A stretch of DNA of 63,875 nt, the filler included, from Rhabdomonas costata (lineage: Eukaryota): assembly GCA_019059605.1 (NCBI GenBank). It is 19 parts of 19 records of this genome, joined end to end, with 100 filler letters (N's around TTAATTAATTAA, not from the genome) between each part and the next. Parts side by side here need not be neighbours in the genome. Positions count along the whole stretch, not along the records: positions 37,226 to 40,470 come from JAHMHO010001121.1; positions 40,571 to 43,819 come from JAHMHO010001122.1; positions 43,920 to 47,167 come from JAHMHO010001123.1; positions 47,268 to 50,512 come from JAHMHO010001124.1; 15 more parts are not named here. The stretch is one strand, 5' to 3'. Of the stretch, positions 37,296 to 49,813 are shown piece by piece; positions within the stretch are counted from its first letter, which is position 1, and each line of letters begins with the position of its first letter. Position numbers and translations under genes: made by a program. The notes beneath the pieces were generated by a model. The model was not told the DNA's origin and searched no databases. It worked only from the letters and a program-made list of their open reading frames with translations.

Positions 37296-39938
37296 CTTCA
37301 CTTCCTTCTTTCTCCGCACCCAGCCGTGCTCACGCAGCTCGATGATGTCGAGCAGAAGGAAACGGATCCTGGAGTTCGAGTGACTCTGCGACAGCACTTG
37401 CATCGTGTTGAAGTAGTGCGTCATGTATGCCGCGGCTTCGGGCTGAAAAAAGAAGCAAGGAATTCACAGACATTTCCACAGAAACTGCACAACACCACCC
37501 TGGGAGCGCGGCAATAAACACAAACAGTAAAAAAAAAACATCGGTGGCGTGGAAGAACCGCTTCTTGAAGGTCGACCGATTGAAGCCCTGCTTAAACTCT
37601 CTTCGATTTGGGGGGGTTTCTTACAACTGGCAGGCAACATGGCCAGGCGAAGATGCACGAGCACATAGAGCACACCCGGTCTAGCCGCTCACCAGCCGTG
37701 GCGAGAAGGGTACAAAGCACCTGAGCAGGAAAGAGAAAACGCCCTGATTCACAGCAACCTGAAAAAAAAATGGAAAAAGTCTGAGAAAAACAGCACAAAA
37801 ATGAAAAAACAAGCGCTCCACACAGTTCAGTACATGAAGGAACTCCATGGTACATCGGGCCACCTTGCCGAAAGGATAAATGGCAGTATGAACACTCGCA
37901 AAAAAAAAAGCGAGCAAAGGGCCAACAAGGAAGGGGCCCCAAATGATGAGCAACGAAGCGAAAAACCCAATCGAGTTTTGCGCATTTCGTTTGCTTCGTT
38001 TTTTCTTTTTTCCCCCCGAAAACTACGCCAAAGCGGTCTCAAATGTCTGATCCTGCTCGGCGAAGGCACCTTCGATGGGGAAGGCAGCGGGAGGGGAGGG
38101 ATCACCTCCAGGGCCATGGAATTGGCTGGAGCTGTGTGGTCGGTGTCCAGAAGAAGCATCTTAATCACCTTGTGCAGGACCCGCTCGGAAAGCATCGACC
38201 GCTTGAACAGCTCACCAATAAACTGAATGTTCCCTGGAGAGCCCACCAGAGAAACCATTCAAACACTCGACATTGTGCAAAAAAAAAAGTGAAACTTGAT
38301 CATTTGTTACCCCAGTTGTCCACCAAATGACATGTTTATGGGGCGCTAGCATCATCCCATCACCCTCCGGAAACCAAAAAATCCTTGGGGGAGTGTTCTG
38401 ACTTTCACTCTCGGACGGTGGTTTCCCCTGAACGTCTTTTGTGCGGCTTCTTTCCACATTATCCAGCACTGCTAAACGGTCACAAAGTTCCAACCCCTAC
38501 CCCCTCAAATTAAAAATATGTATATCTAGGGGTCAGAAAAACAGTATACCCAACCCCATTTTGCTAAAACAAATGCACTTAGAGGTGTTGACACAGTGTA
38601 GCTAACCCCTGTGTCCAAAAATAACATCCCAAAAAAAGTGTCTGATTCCGACGTTTATACCACTGCACATTTGCCACTGCTAAACCGAGCATCGCCCACC
38701 CTAATACAATTGTCCCCAGAGACCAGGGATACGTTTTGAACAAAGCAAAATTTGGTCTTTCAACAAACATTTAAATGATAATAATGATAATAAGAACACG
38801 AAAAGCAACCCATTTTATAGGCAGTGTTATTGCCCAGTAATCCATGTTTATGCTACCCCCCGCCCCCGTAGACGCAAAGGGTGAACTGGACACCGCACCT
38901 TTGCTGCACTTCACGAAGTGGTGGGACTTGGCCAGAGACTCCTCCTTCTCAGCCTGGGTCATCGTGTCAGTGAAAATGGGGTGGTGTTACTCGTTGCCCC
39001 GCAGGAACCGCTCCTAAGTGAAAGGGGGGGGGAGTACAGGACAGAAAACTGTGGAGCTGCGGAGGAAACAAATAATTGGAGAACCTTGGAAAAGGGTCAG
39101 ATGCCCAAGGAATCCGGTTGTACCCGATACAAACAAGCGGCTTTGCACAGGTACATGTGGTGAAAGAAGAGAAGAGAGAAATGCTGTGCAATGCAGACCG
39201 CGGAGCGTACAGGCCCCACCGCTTCCAAGAAAAAAGCGCAAGAAACCAATCCCTATCTGGTGCAATTCACGACACAGGCGCAATATATTTGGCATATTTG
39301 CCAAGCGCACGTCCGACCTGGCACATGTTGACCAGGGAACGCTCAAAGCTGTCCAGGGCGACTGCCCGCTGCGTCGAAGTGGGCCTGGCTTGGATTCTGT
39401 GAGAAAGAAGCAAAAAAAAAAAAAAAGATGCTCCGCAGTGACCTCCGCACATATGGATAATACCTTCCTCCTACCCCGTTGGACCCTGCAAAGGGGCACA
39501 CTTCTGCCCAAAAAAAACACGACGGCCGCACAGAACAAAACCTCCGCAGCAAACCGCCGTTACCTTGTGATAATGTCCTTGCACAGCTGGGCGTACATTC
39601 CGGAGTAATTGGGCTGCTCCAAGGCACGCCGGTGCACCTGAGGCGTGAGTGGGTGGCAGGAGTGTCCCTGTATACCAGCAAACTGAACTGCCCATGCCAA
39701 AAATCAGAAAAGAGAGGGGGGGGATAGCAGGTTAATGTGGAGTTATGTGGCAGAGCAGGTATGCTCAACATACTCTGGAGACAACTGAGAAGGCCCAGTC
39801 GCAAGACAGATTGGTGGCGTGGTTGGGTACGGACAGGGAAAGAAATGGAAATAGTGATACCTCGGAGATGATCTTCTCCAGGTTCTCCTTGCTGATCAGG
39901 TCCGAGTCAGAGTCGAGAGCTTCGTAGAGCTTCAGCAC
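37296..39938 (-). CDS. MIF4G-domain protein, eIF4G-like, partial; contains an in-frame TAA at 38989-38987
   Basis: Exons 39938-39861, 39637-39564, 39396-39318, 39013-38899, 38233-38106, 37720-37676 and 37442-37296. Motifs RALEQPNYSGMYAQLC, SFERSLVNMCQERF, GNIQFIGELFK, LEVLCTLLATAGERLD and SRIRFLLLDIIELREHGW. Confidence 0.9.
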
Positions 39939-42173
39939 CTGCGCCACCCCGCATACCCGTGCATCAGCGGCGGTGTGGATGGGGGGATACGGACAAAGGC
40001 AGTGCCGACAAAAAGCAAAAGCGAAAAAACAAATGAGCGAACAGTCAGAGACAACAAGACAGGGACTTTTTGTTAAGTTCTTTTTTTGGCTGCCTCCTCA
40101 CCGCTTTCGCCAGGCCCGCCGATGGAGTAATGCCCTGGATGCCTCGAGCGGTATGCTCTGAAAAGACGCCGAAGGAAGGCAAGGGAAGTAGGGCCCCACC
40201 CCCAGTGGTCTCCCCGACGGCCAACTCCAGGGTGACTCCGCGCTGGATGGCATGAATTAGAGTATTGAGGTGACTTCATCGTTCGCGCCGTAGTTAGAAG
40301 TAAGGACAATCATAACATGACAAAAGGTGTCGATGAGGGGTGGTTTCAAATGCAGATTGGGGTGGAGGGCATGCCAAGGCTAAAAATGCTTCCATTGGAA
40401 TTACAATGCCTATCAGACTCTTGTCACGGAAGTCTGTGAACGGTACTGGGGGGGGGGGATCCGATCCGACNNNNNNNNNNNNNNNNNNNNNNNNNNNNNN
40501 NNNNNNNNNNNNNNTTAATTAATTAANNNNNNNNNNNNNNNNNNNNNNNNNNNNNNNNNNNNNNNNNNNNGTTGGTGGGGCGGGGGGGGGGGGCACTAAT
40601 CGTTTAGACGAACATATTAGGCTTTTGCAGATTTTTGGAATTGCTGGGGTTTGGCAGACATATGAGAATTAGCGGGCGGATGAGTTGGGGACCTCCTACG
40701 GGGTGGGCGACGCTCTGTTTAGAACTGCAAAACGACCGGTAGGGATGCTTTTTTCAGTACAAGCAAATCTTTCGCAAAAAAAAAACAGGCGACAAACCTC
40801 GATTTTTAAAATGCACTCAATAATTCCGCCGCTCCAACCCCCCTTTCCCCAATTGGGTCAATGTTGACTTTTATGGTAGGCTGGGTGCCCCGTTGCGAAA
40901 CAAAATTGACAACACGGGGAAAGGGGGACGCTTATGCTTTGCACAGCAAACGCAAAAGTGCCCAAATCGGCCTTTTCCAGCGAAAAAAATTAATGAAAAA
41001 CAAGCAAATTACAAGTACACGCGGATGAGTGAGGTGGCAACGACACGAAAAATTACTTGAGAGTAAGCCTCGTTTTGGGGACGGTAAGAGGAATTCCGGG
41101 GACAGAGAAGCAAAAAGATCCTCAATTTTTGACCCTTTTTTACTGTGTGATAGGGCATTTTTGTGCGACAGGACAAAATCGAGCTGTCATGCCTATTCTA
41201 AGGAGGGAGTTAGACAATCTATGACCTGCTCAACCTTGAGCGGTGCAAAACGTTCAAAGCCACCCCCCCCCTCCTCCTCCAAAAAAAACAAAAGACAAGA
41301 GGCCCGGTCTGCTGTATCTGCGAACCCTGGATCGGCGACTGCCACCACGACACGAAGTCAGTCATACCGGAAACTCCCATCACCGGAGCAGGCAGTGCTC
41401 CCACGGCAAGGGGGCTGAGCGCTGTTGAGGGGGTGCCATCGCTGCATCCGTCGTCGTCGCTGTCGCTGGCCTCTGCGGAGGACAACCCACCAGTGTTCCC
41501 CGCCGCAAGCATTTCACCTCACCGGAGAAAACTTACCAGGAAGAAGAGCACAAAGCAAACGACAAACACAGTAAAAACAAAGGTTACCAACGGTACGGAG
41601 CAGTCGGCTGCGAAAAAGGAAAGAATCCTCCAATCCTCCATCTGCGGCGGACTTGCCCACGCGCACTCACCCCGCAGTTATGATGAAGACATACCGTGAA
41701 TGGTTGCCAATTCATGCCTGAATCCTGCCTGAATCATCTGAACGCGACGCAGACACCTACGCACCGTCAGTTCCATAGCTCAGTAAGGGGCGACTATTTT
41801 TCTCAGGTCTAGGGGTCACTGGGTTTTGCTCCCCCACCCCTCAAATGCCCAACATTTCATGAGTTCTTATACGTCCCCAAACATCTCGTTTCCAGTCATG
41901 CCCTCAGTAAATCTCTGGGAAAGGAGGAGGGAGCGTCGCCCATCCTAATTCATCACAGCGACCAAAGTTTGAAAAGGTCTCCTTACTTTTTTTTTTTTGA
42001 AAATAAGAAAATCTGAAGAATCTTGATTTCGGATTTTTCAAATATTCGAGTTTCCAAAGATTTTCATGTTTTAATATTTCACAGAAAAGAAATATCGAAA
42101 AGCAGATCTGGTTCGGCAAGAAATGTTGAAGATTCAGCGCTCCAAAGATGGGGCTGGGGTGCGGTTTGCTCTT

Positions 42174-43070
42174 ACCGTTGTGGCGACGACTGGTGGCGCG
42201 ATTCCACGAATTTTCTCGGGCGTCTATTTCGCGCCTACCGGTCACGTCACCCCGCCACCCTGGAAGTGCCCCCACAACACCGAACTCCGCACTCTGGGGC
42301 AGGGTGTCGGTTGCAGTGACGAAGGCTGTGAGCAGGCAGTACTCCCCACCACCCTCGACGAATAAGGGGAGCCCCCACCTGTTAGACGTGTCAGATGTTG
42401 TGCGAGTGCTTTCTGTTTTGTTCCCAATTGTTTTGTGCTCACACAAAAGAACAAACAGAGGCTCCGAGCCGTTGATCCGCGTGCCATTGATCCCGGGGTC
42501 GAACAAGCCAATCTGAACTTCCCCACTGGAGAGCCTCCTGGCCGAAGATACCAGGCCGATCTTGGACTCCCCATACGAGATCACCGAGGGCCCTTGAACA
42601 GCTTCCAGGAAGTGATAGAAGAACTTCTGCAGCCCGGACACGCTGGAGTCCACGAGGACCATGGCAGCGCCCATCTGTGCCACCACAGACATCTCTTGGG
42701 TCAGGTGACTGATCTGCGCCGCGAGCTGTACCTGCACTACGTCAAACACCCGCCCCGATAGCGACTCCACAGACTTCGACGCCGTGGCAGAGGTGGTCTG
42801 CCACAGCACCACCATGAACACCACGGCGACCAGCCCGGCAGGGGCGATGATGCTCACGGAGAGCGGGAGGCCCCACTTGCGCCAGCGAGGGGGGTCAGCG
42901 GAGACAGTGGGCGCTGTGGTCCTGACTGGGTGGCATCCCTCTGGGGGATCAGGGGCCAATTCGAGGGCAGAGGTGATGTGCTGCATTTCTCCCACCGAGG
43001 CACGAGCCGTAGGGCTCCTGTCAGGGTGGCTGGACTGCAGGGGAAAGATGGAGGCGGTTGACCACGGCAT
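42174..43070 (-). CDS. N-terminal part of a membrane receptor (TM and Cache-like domain), probable receptor cyclase family
   Basis: ATG at 43070. TM helix LSVSIIAPAGLVAVVFMVVLW, long helix, then ISYGESKIGLVSSARRL. A probable further exon at about 42259-42174 (EIDARENSW) resembles the Cache D.R..W motif. Boundaries are approximate. Confidence 0.55.
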
Positions 43071-43702
43071 GCGGACGCAGTTAGAAGAAAGAAGGTTGAA
43101 AAAAGTGATAGCTAAACTAAAATGGAACGAAATGGAGTTGAGAAGGTGAGAACGGGAAGCGCAGGTCAGTATTCTGAAGGGACTTTCTTTGCTGTCGAAG
43201 CGAAAAACTCGGTTCTCCAGCTGTCGCTTGAGTCAGTTTCGATGGTGCGAACGCTAACCCTTCCAACATCGGTGGGATTGAAGGGTGTGCCTGCAGCTCC
43301 CCGAAGCGACCCCCCGCATACAAAGAGGCTTTTAGTCTTGATCCCTGACCAAGAGCCTTTCCCATAGCAGGTCAAACGCTGACGACACCAGCATGAATAA
43401 TCGCCATAGCTCAATTCACAAACGGTCCACGCACGTGCGACCATTTTTCTGCCTGCGGTGATGAGTAAAAGCCCAAATCATTCCTTTACTGGAGTGTGTT
43501 TAGGGGGGAGCCACTTCTTCCAGTTCTAGCAAGAGGGTTTAACATGGCACCCACACCACCCTAAGAAAGGGGAAGCCCGGGCGCACAGGTGTCGTCGCTA
43601 CATTCCGACATTCAATAGACGAGCTATAAAAATGGCGTAGTGTCTACGCACGGGGTTAGAGGCCCTGGGATTCCTTGTGAAGAGTTTGCAGGAGGTTAGG
43701 GA

Positions 43703-43808
43703 GCGACGCAAGTGTTCTTCCTTTTGTCCAGGATTTCCTGGGCTGCGGAGTTCGGCTGCGCTCCGCAGCCCAGGAAATCCTGGACAAAAGGAAGAACACT
43801 TGCGTCGC
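43703..43808. repeat. Terminal fold-back inverted repeat (likely amplification chimera)
   Basis: 48-bp perfect arms with a 10-nt loop, followed by a C/A tag at the contig end. Confidence 0.8.
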
Positions 43809-43919
43809 CCCCAAACCCCNNNNNNNNNNNNNNNNNNNNNNNNNNNNNNNNNNNNNNNNNNNNTTAATTAATTAANNNNNNNNNNNNNNNNNNNNNNNNN
43901 NNNNNNNNNNNNNNNNNNN

Positions 43920-45900
43920 AACATGTAGTGCCCGCCCTGTTGGATTTAGGAGCTTCAGATTGCTTCATGAGCGAAGCCCTGGTCACTGAACTCCAGCGCA
44001 AGAGTCTGAAGCAGCTGATGTCAGTCAGAGTCGCTAACGGAACCACCTTGGTGGTCGCAATTTGTCAGGGTGTCCGTCTTGTGTTTCCATCAGCCATGGC
44101 AGTCCTTCTCAACATGGACTGTCGCCGCCGCTATCCGACGACAAAAGGATAGATCAAATGCCCCCCCCTCGCAAGTAGAACAACCAATGGGACCGTAAAT
44201 CTTTGAACCTAACCGTGGACCAGCCTCCGAATCCTCCGACTCAGCAGCAAGTTATCCTGCGCCGTCTTCCAGGGAGCATTCACCTCCAGCAACGGAGCAT
44301 TCACCTCCATTGGGGGAGCGTTCCGCCCAGCCGTTACCAGCTAACGACTACTGAGACGCAGCCCCCTTTGACTCCACACGTGAATTACGAGGCATCCGTC
44401 GGTTCACCCCGACGTGGAATGCCCACACACACCCCGTTGGCACACTCTTTTCTCTCTTGTCGACGGTGCGTTGTCTCAGAACTTTTGATTGCTTTTTCTG
44501 TTGTTCAGCTGCCAGATTTTATGCCCTCCAGATTCGTTGGCTACATCAATTACAGGAATTCGATTTGACCATCACCAACATTCCGGGTAAGTCGAATGTT
44601 GTTGCCGACATCCTCTCCCGTATGCAAGAGCAACAGGAGTGTGGTGTCACCTCCAGGCCGACACTCTCCAATAATGTGTTCCGGTGTTTCGCTGGACCAG
44701 CTCAAATCCTGTTTGACAACTGGCCTGACACCTAAATCTTCAAATACATTTCGACCCCAACACCAACGAGCTTCACGAGGACAAGCGGAAGCACTACAAG
44801 TACGGCCGACTTTTGGCCGATGATCAAATCCTCGTGCCGAAGAATTGGGTGAATGAGATTATCACCGCGCACCACGATCCGATCGTCGCGGGACAGTCAG
44901 CATGATCCAGCGTCGGTTCTTCTTCACACGGATGCGAACACTGGTGCGCCGACACACTGATTCCTGCAACGTCTGTCAAAACGCCAAAGCTGATCATCAC
45001 AAGCCTCGAGGACTGATGGAACGAGTTTCAATTCCAACCCAGAAATGGCAGTCAATTTGCATGGACTTGATCGTCAAGCTCCCGCGGATTCAGCGGGAGT
45101 GGAGGACATACGACGCGGTGCTGACAGTCACAGACCGTGCCGCAAAGCTGGCTCACTTTATCCCGACATGGAACCAGGCGTCTGCAATTGACACAGCCGA
45201 GCAGTTCCTTCGGTACGTGGTGAATCACCACGGTCTCCACCGCTCCATCATCTCCGAACGAGACTCGCGATTCATGTCAGCCTTTTGGGAGACTGTATGT
45301 TCACATCCCAACATTCGGATCCGACCCTCGAGCGCATTTCATCCTCAAATCAATGTACAGAACGAAAGAATTAATGCCGCAATCAAGCAATTGCTTCGGG
45401 TGGCTCAGTACGAAGACCAGTCTTGGCTCGATGTGCTGGACATTGTCCAGATGGCGGTGAACAACGCCCGCTTGTCGAGACTGACTATTCTCCGTAATAC
45501 CTCAACCTTGGATATCACCCGACTTTCTACACCGACCTCCCATCGTACAAGGGTCCCCTCAAGCATCTGAAGGAACTGAACAAGCAGTTTGTTAACCGAC
45601 TTTTGGCCGATTGGAACCACATTTCGGACGTTTTTCGGCAGCACCAGGACAGGTACGCGGAGCGAGCGATCACAAGGAGCATCTCTTCCAAGTCGGCGAC
45701 ATGGTACTTGGAAGCATGCGAGGTCCCAACTCCGAGGTTAACACCGGTTAGCCCCAAAGGCAATCGACCACTTCATCATCACCAAAGCAATAGGACCTCG
45801 GACGTTCAAGCTGAATTTGACAATTCGGATTACCCGGAAGTCTCGCAATGCATTCCACGCAAGTGAACTCATCCCGTATGTGTTGCGCATCCCGGGCGAG
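43920..45900 (+). mobile_element. Degenerate Ty3/gypsy LTR retrotransposon pol remnant
   Basis: Aspartic protease ALLDLGASDCFMS; RNase H C-terminus RWLHQLQEFDLTITNIPGKSNVVADILSR; integrase zinc finger (CNVCQ) and core WQSICMDLIVKLP...SIISERDSRF...AFHPQ...NERIN; C-terminal AFHASEL. Contains frameshifts and stops; RT is absent. Confidence 0.92.
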
Positions 45901-47339
45901 GAACCGCCTCCACCCCTCGGAGAAGTGGAACTCGACGATGCCGAACCCTCGGACCCCCCACCGCCCGAAGGACCGTGGCGGTCCCTCCACTAGGAAGGCA
46001 ATAGCCCAACTGCCGATGGGGAGGACGGGGAAGAGTTCCGACACGACGACGGCTCGGATGACCAACCTAAGGGTTCCACAGTCCATCATAGAGGCTCCTC
46101 GTCCGCGGATTCCACACCATTATCAAACCCGAGACTTTGTGCACTGTCACCCCCAATCCCCAAGACCAGAAGAACAGCATCTTCTTCTGCGCAAGACACC
46201 AACTATGGCCCGGTTGGCGTTCCGCCTTCCCCCAGCAGTTCAGCATGGCAAAGACGGAGAAGACCTCCCTTGAAGCCGTCCAAGACCAGGGGTCAGCGTC
46301 CCGTGGGGGAGCACTCACTACCACAGGACCGGAAACCCTCAGCCCAGTCGTCCCCCACCGGACCTGACTTCTCAGCTAAGTCAGGTCAAGTACAACTTCT
46401 ACCACGATCCCGTACAGCGATCCCGGTGGGGGAGCCTTCCGTGCAGCGCTCCCACGCACGACCACACCCACTCCCTGATCAGCAATCGAAGTCACCATTC
46501 CGGCAGCCTGTGCACGTGGGGGACCAAGCGGAACGAGCAGTTTCAGTCCCCTTGTCACCCCCACAGCGTTCTGCAGATTTAGATTAGCCTGAATCACGGG
46601 CTTCTTCACCAGCACTTCCTACCAGTCCGTCAGTTGCGGAAGACACGACACAAAGGGACCAGAGAGCCGCTATCCAGCCCCCTCTCGCCCCGCGAAGCTT
46701 TACAGCAGGACATTCACCTCTCATGTCTTGCCTGAAGAAAGCGAAGCCTCACTCGAGCCAGATACATCGAGAACCACGAGTCAGCTTCCACGACGGTCAG
46801 AGCGGTTATAGACCCTATGACTCAGCTGATCCAACCCTCCGAGTGCAGAAATGGTGGAATCACTTCAACACAAATGCGTTGTACGCTCGACTTCCAGGCA
46901 CCGACAATCGCATTTTGTTGGATAATCAGTGAATCGAAGACATTGACACGCGGGACCCAAACTACGCTGAGCTACGCCAACAAGTCAAAGCAGAGTTTCG
47001 ACGAATCCAGCAGGCAGCAATTCACAGCGGGAAATTCCGCCTAAAGCACAAACCCATTACAAGTCGGCCCCCGCCACGCTGGGAAGGAGCGCAGCCAGCT
47101 GCGCATCCAGCTGCGCCTCAGTCCCCACCCCGATCATTGCAGACATCAAACCCAAATCAACACCACANNNNNNNNNNNNNNNNNNNNNNNNNNNNNNNNN
47201 NNNNNNNNNNNTTAATTAATTAANNNNNNNNNNNNNNNNNNNNNNNNNNNNNNNNNNNNNNNNNNNNGGGTGGGTTTGATCGTGTTCATGTTGATGCATG
47301 TACGGTGACAAGCGTACCAGGGCAGAGAAATCTGCAACC

Positions 47340-49813
47340 GCCTCAAGCTCAGAAGAAGGACATGGGTTCCATCGAAGGCGGGCAAACTCCCGTAATCTTC
47401 GGACATGGCGGGGGTGAACCTAAGAATAACATGAGCAAGGAAAGCAAAACGAAAAAAGAATGCCAGATCAAAGACATAAGAGGCTTCTGGAAGGACTCAG
47501 GGGGCCGCCCTTACAAAAAAATAAAAGGCAAAGCTTTCGCGAGAAGATGGTGGCGGGGTGTGGGGGCTGGAGGACCTTCCAGCCTTCTGGTGCCCTTGGG
47601 GTGCACGTCCTGCGAAGGATTCGTTGGAGCTCCAAAGACAGCAAGAAGTCATCCCCGAAGGTGCTGACGGCCTTCGGGGAGAGCGCTCCCATGCCCTTGA
47701 CACAGCTGCGAAAGAAATCAGAGCACACACATTCCACCGGTGTGAAAATCCAGAAGCATAGAGTCGAAAATGCATAAAACCATATATCCCCCTCCCCCAC
47801 CAGCGATGCACAAGTTCTGCACTTCATGGGATTTCAGCAGGGGTTTTAAGAGCGGCCCGTGGGCATTACAATTTCCGGATTCGCCCCACCAAGACTTTAG
47901 CCACGTTCCTCCGGCGATCTTCTGATCAAGCTGCCCACCTAATCGCACAGGAATCAGAAAGTCCAAACAGCACATGAAAAGCAAAGTCTTGCGGTTTTGA
48001 GCGATACCTTCCAGACGGTCTCCTGGAGCACAGCTCCCGCAGGTACCCTGCCACTGCCTGCCGTACCTCTCCTGCAGCTCGCGACCCGGGCTGCCGCAGC
48101 AGGTAGTTCACCACCCACGCCGTGGCTGAGCATGCCAGAGCCACCGCCCCTGAAGGGTCTCTCTCCCTCACACCAAAGCAGTACGCCGTGGGAAGCGGGC
48201 TACTGCCGCTGACGAGGCTTTCGCCCAGGTCAGCACCCGGTCGGCTGGACGCGCCACAATCAAGCTCCCACACTCCGCAGTAGGGCACGCCGTGGCTGAC
48301 GTGGGAGAACTCGAAGTATGGCTGGCCCTACACACCCCTCCGACCCCTCCAACGAGCCCATGAGATAAACAGAGATGCTTCCCCAGCTCTGCTCTCGCCC
48401 GCAGCCCGTGAGGTGGTGAGTGGGAAAGGGTGAGATCGGGTACTCAAGATGTTGCCTTGAGGATTCGGTGTCAGGCGAGTGCAAATGGTGATTCACTGAT
48501 CTACTGAAACGTGGGGGCGTGACGGCCGAAGCACAAGCACAACAAAGGCATAAGTGCATTTATGCCCCTTCCTCTCCCCAACCTGCTAGAACCCGCGCAT
48601 GCATGTCCAACAAATGAAAGCCTCTATGATCTTGGGCCGCGGAGCGTAGCGGAACAGACATCGTGGAAAGAGTCCCAGGGGACACGTGCATCGCCTCCTA
48701 ACCCCCTGCAAATTTCTCCATGCACTCTCCGGAAGGGGCCCATAAATGCACTAGTTCACAGCCCAAACAGGGTGGACTCACCCATTAGCTGGCAGTCACT
48801 CACCTCCCATTCGAAGGTGGGCACAGCCTGCTCCAGCTCCACCCTCCCGTCATGACTCATCCCGGGCGCACTCACCGTGCAGGTAGGAAACAGCATCGGC
48901 AGGGCCCGCACGTAGCGTTCGGCCAGCTTTAGACTCGGCGATTCTTCTGCACCACCCTCACCCTCAACCATGCCCTGCTCGAGAAGTTCTTGTATCAGCT
49001 CGTCCTATTTTTTTGATTTGCAGTGGGGCTAGTGACACACCGGGAAGCTGGGTCGTAGCTGAAATGAGGTGGTCGTCACTAGAGTAACACAAAGGACGGC
49101 GGTGCAGGTTGCGGAGGAGGGAGGGGATGAAAAGGAGTGTTGTCCGGTGATACCAAGGGGGCAGCGGAAGGGTTCGGGTCGGGTCCAGAGCTAATGGCAA
49201 CGGCTCGAAGCTGTGACCTGCAACCAAGACCCCCACTGATGGACCACTCCTTAACTAATACTTGGCGTTCCCCGACACACAGAATAGCGAACGGTTTGAT
49301 GGAAGGATGTGCAGGTGTGCAGGTTTTGTTTCTGCTGACGAAGTAACCATTTGTTCTTTTTTCGGATGAGAACAAGGGGCAACCACCACAGAAAAGGAAT
49401 AAGGAATGTAGTGCGAGTGTGTGGGAGATGGGAAGTTTCAGGCTCGATGGTTATTTATGAGATCGTGCTCGGTATTTGTTGTGTCTGACCAAAAGGGTCG
49501 TCGTCCCAGTGTGATATGCAGTTAAGTTCGCTTAATCTCTAAAGCATTTGGAGGAGGATTAAACCTCCGCTGGCCGCTCACAGAAGGGGCACGGCGGGCT
49601 GAAGTGGAAGTCTAACCCCCCCCACCATTCCCCCGTCCCAAAAATTCCACCGGTCGGAGTGAAATCTCCTTTCACTTCAGAAAGGATTGACCGTAAAGCG
49701 CAAAGAGAAAGAAAAAAGAAAGACCAGGTCTGGGGCCCCGCCTGAAGCTGACGGATCATGCGGGCCTTCTGGGCGCACCGCTGTCGCACTCCCGGGTCCA
49801 AAACGGGTGCATA
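47340..49813 (-). CDS. Multi-exon hypothetical protein, family not recognised
   Basis: GC3-rich AG..GT-bounded blocks, for example PYFEFSHVSHGVPYCGVWELD (about 48322-48005), CVKGMGALSPKAVSTFGDDFLLSLELQRIL and VHPRHVRRLREF. Confidence 0.45.
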
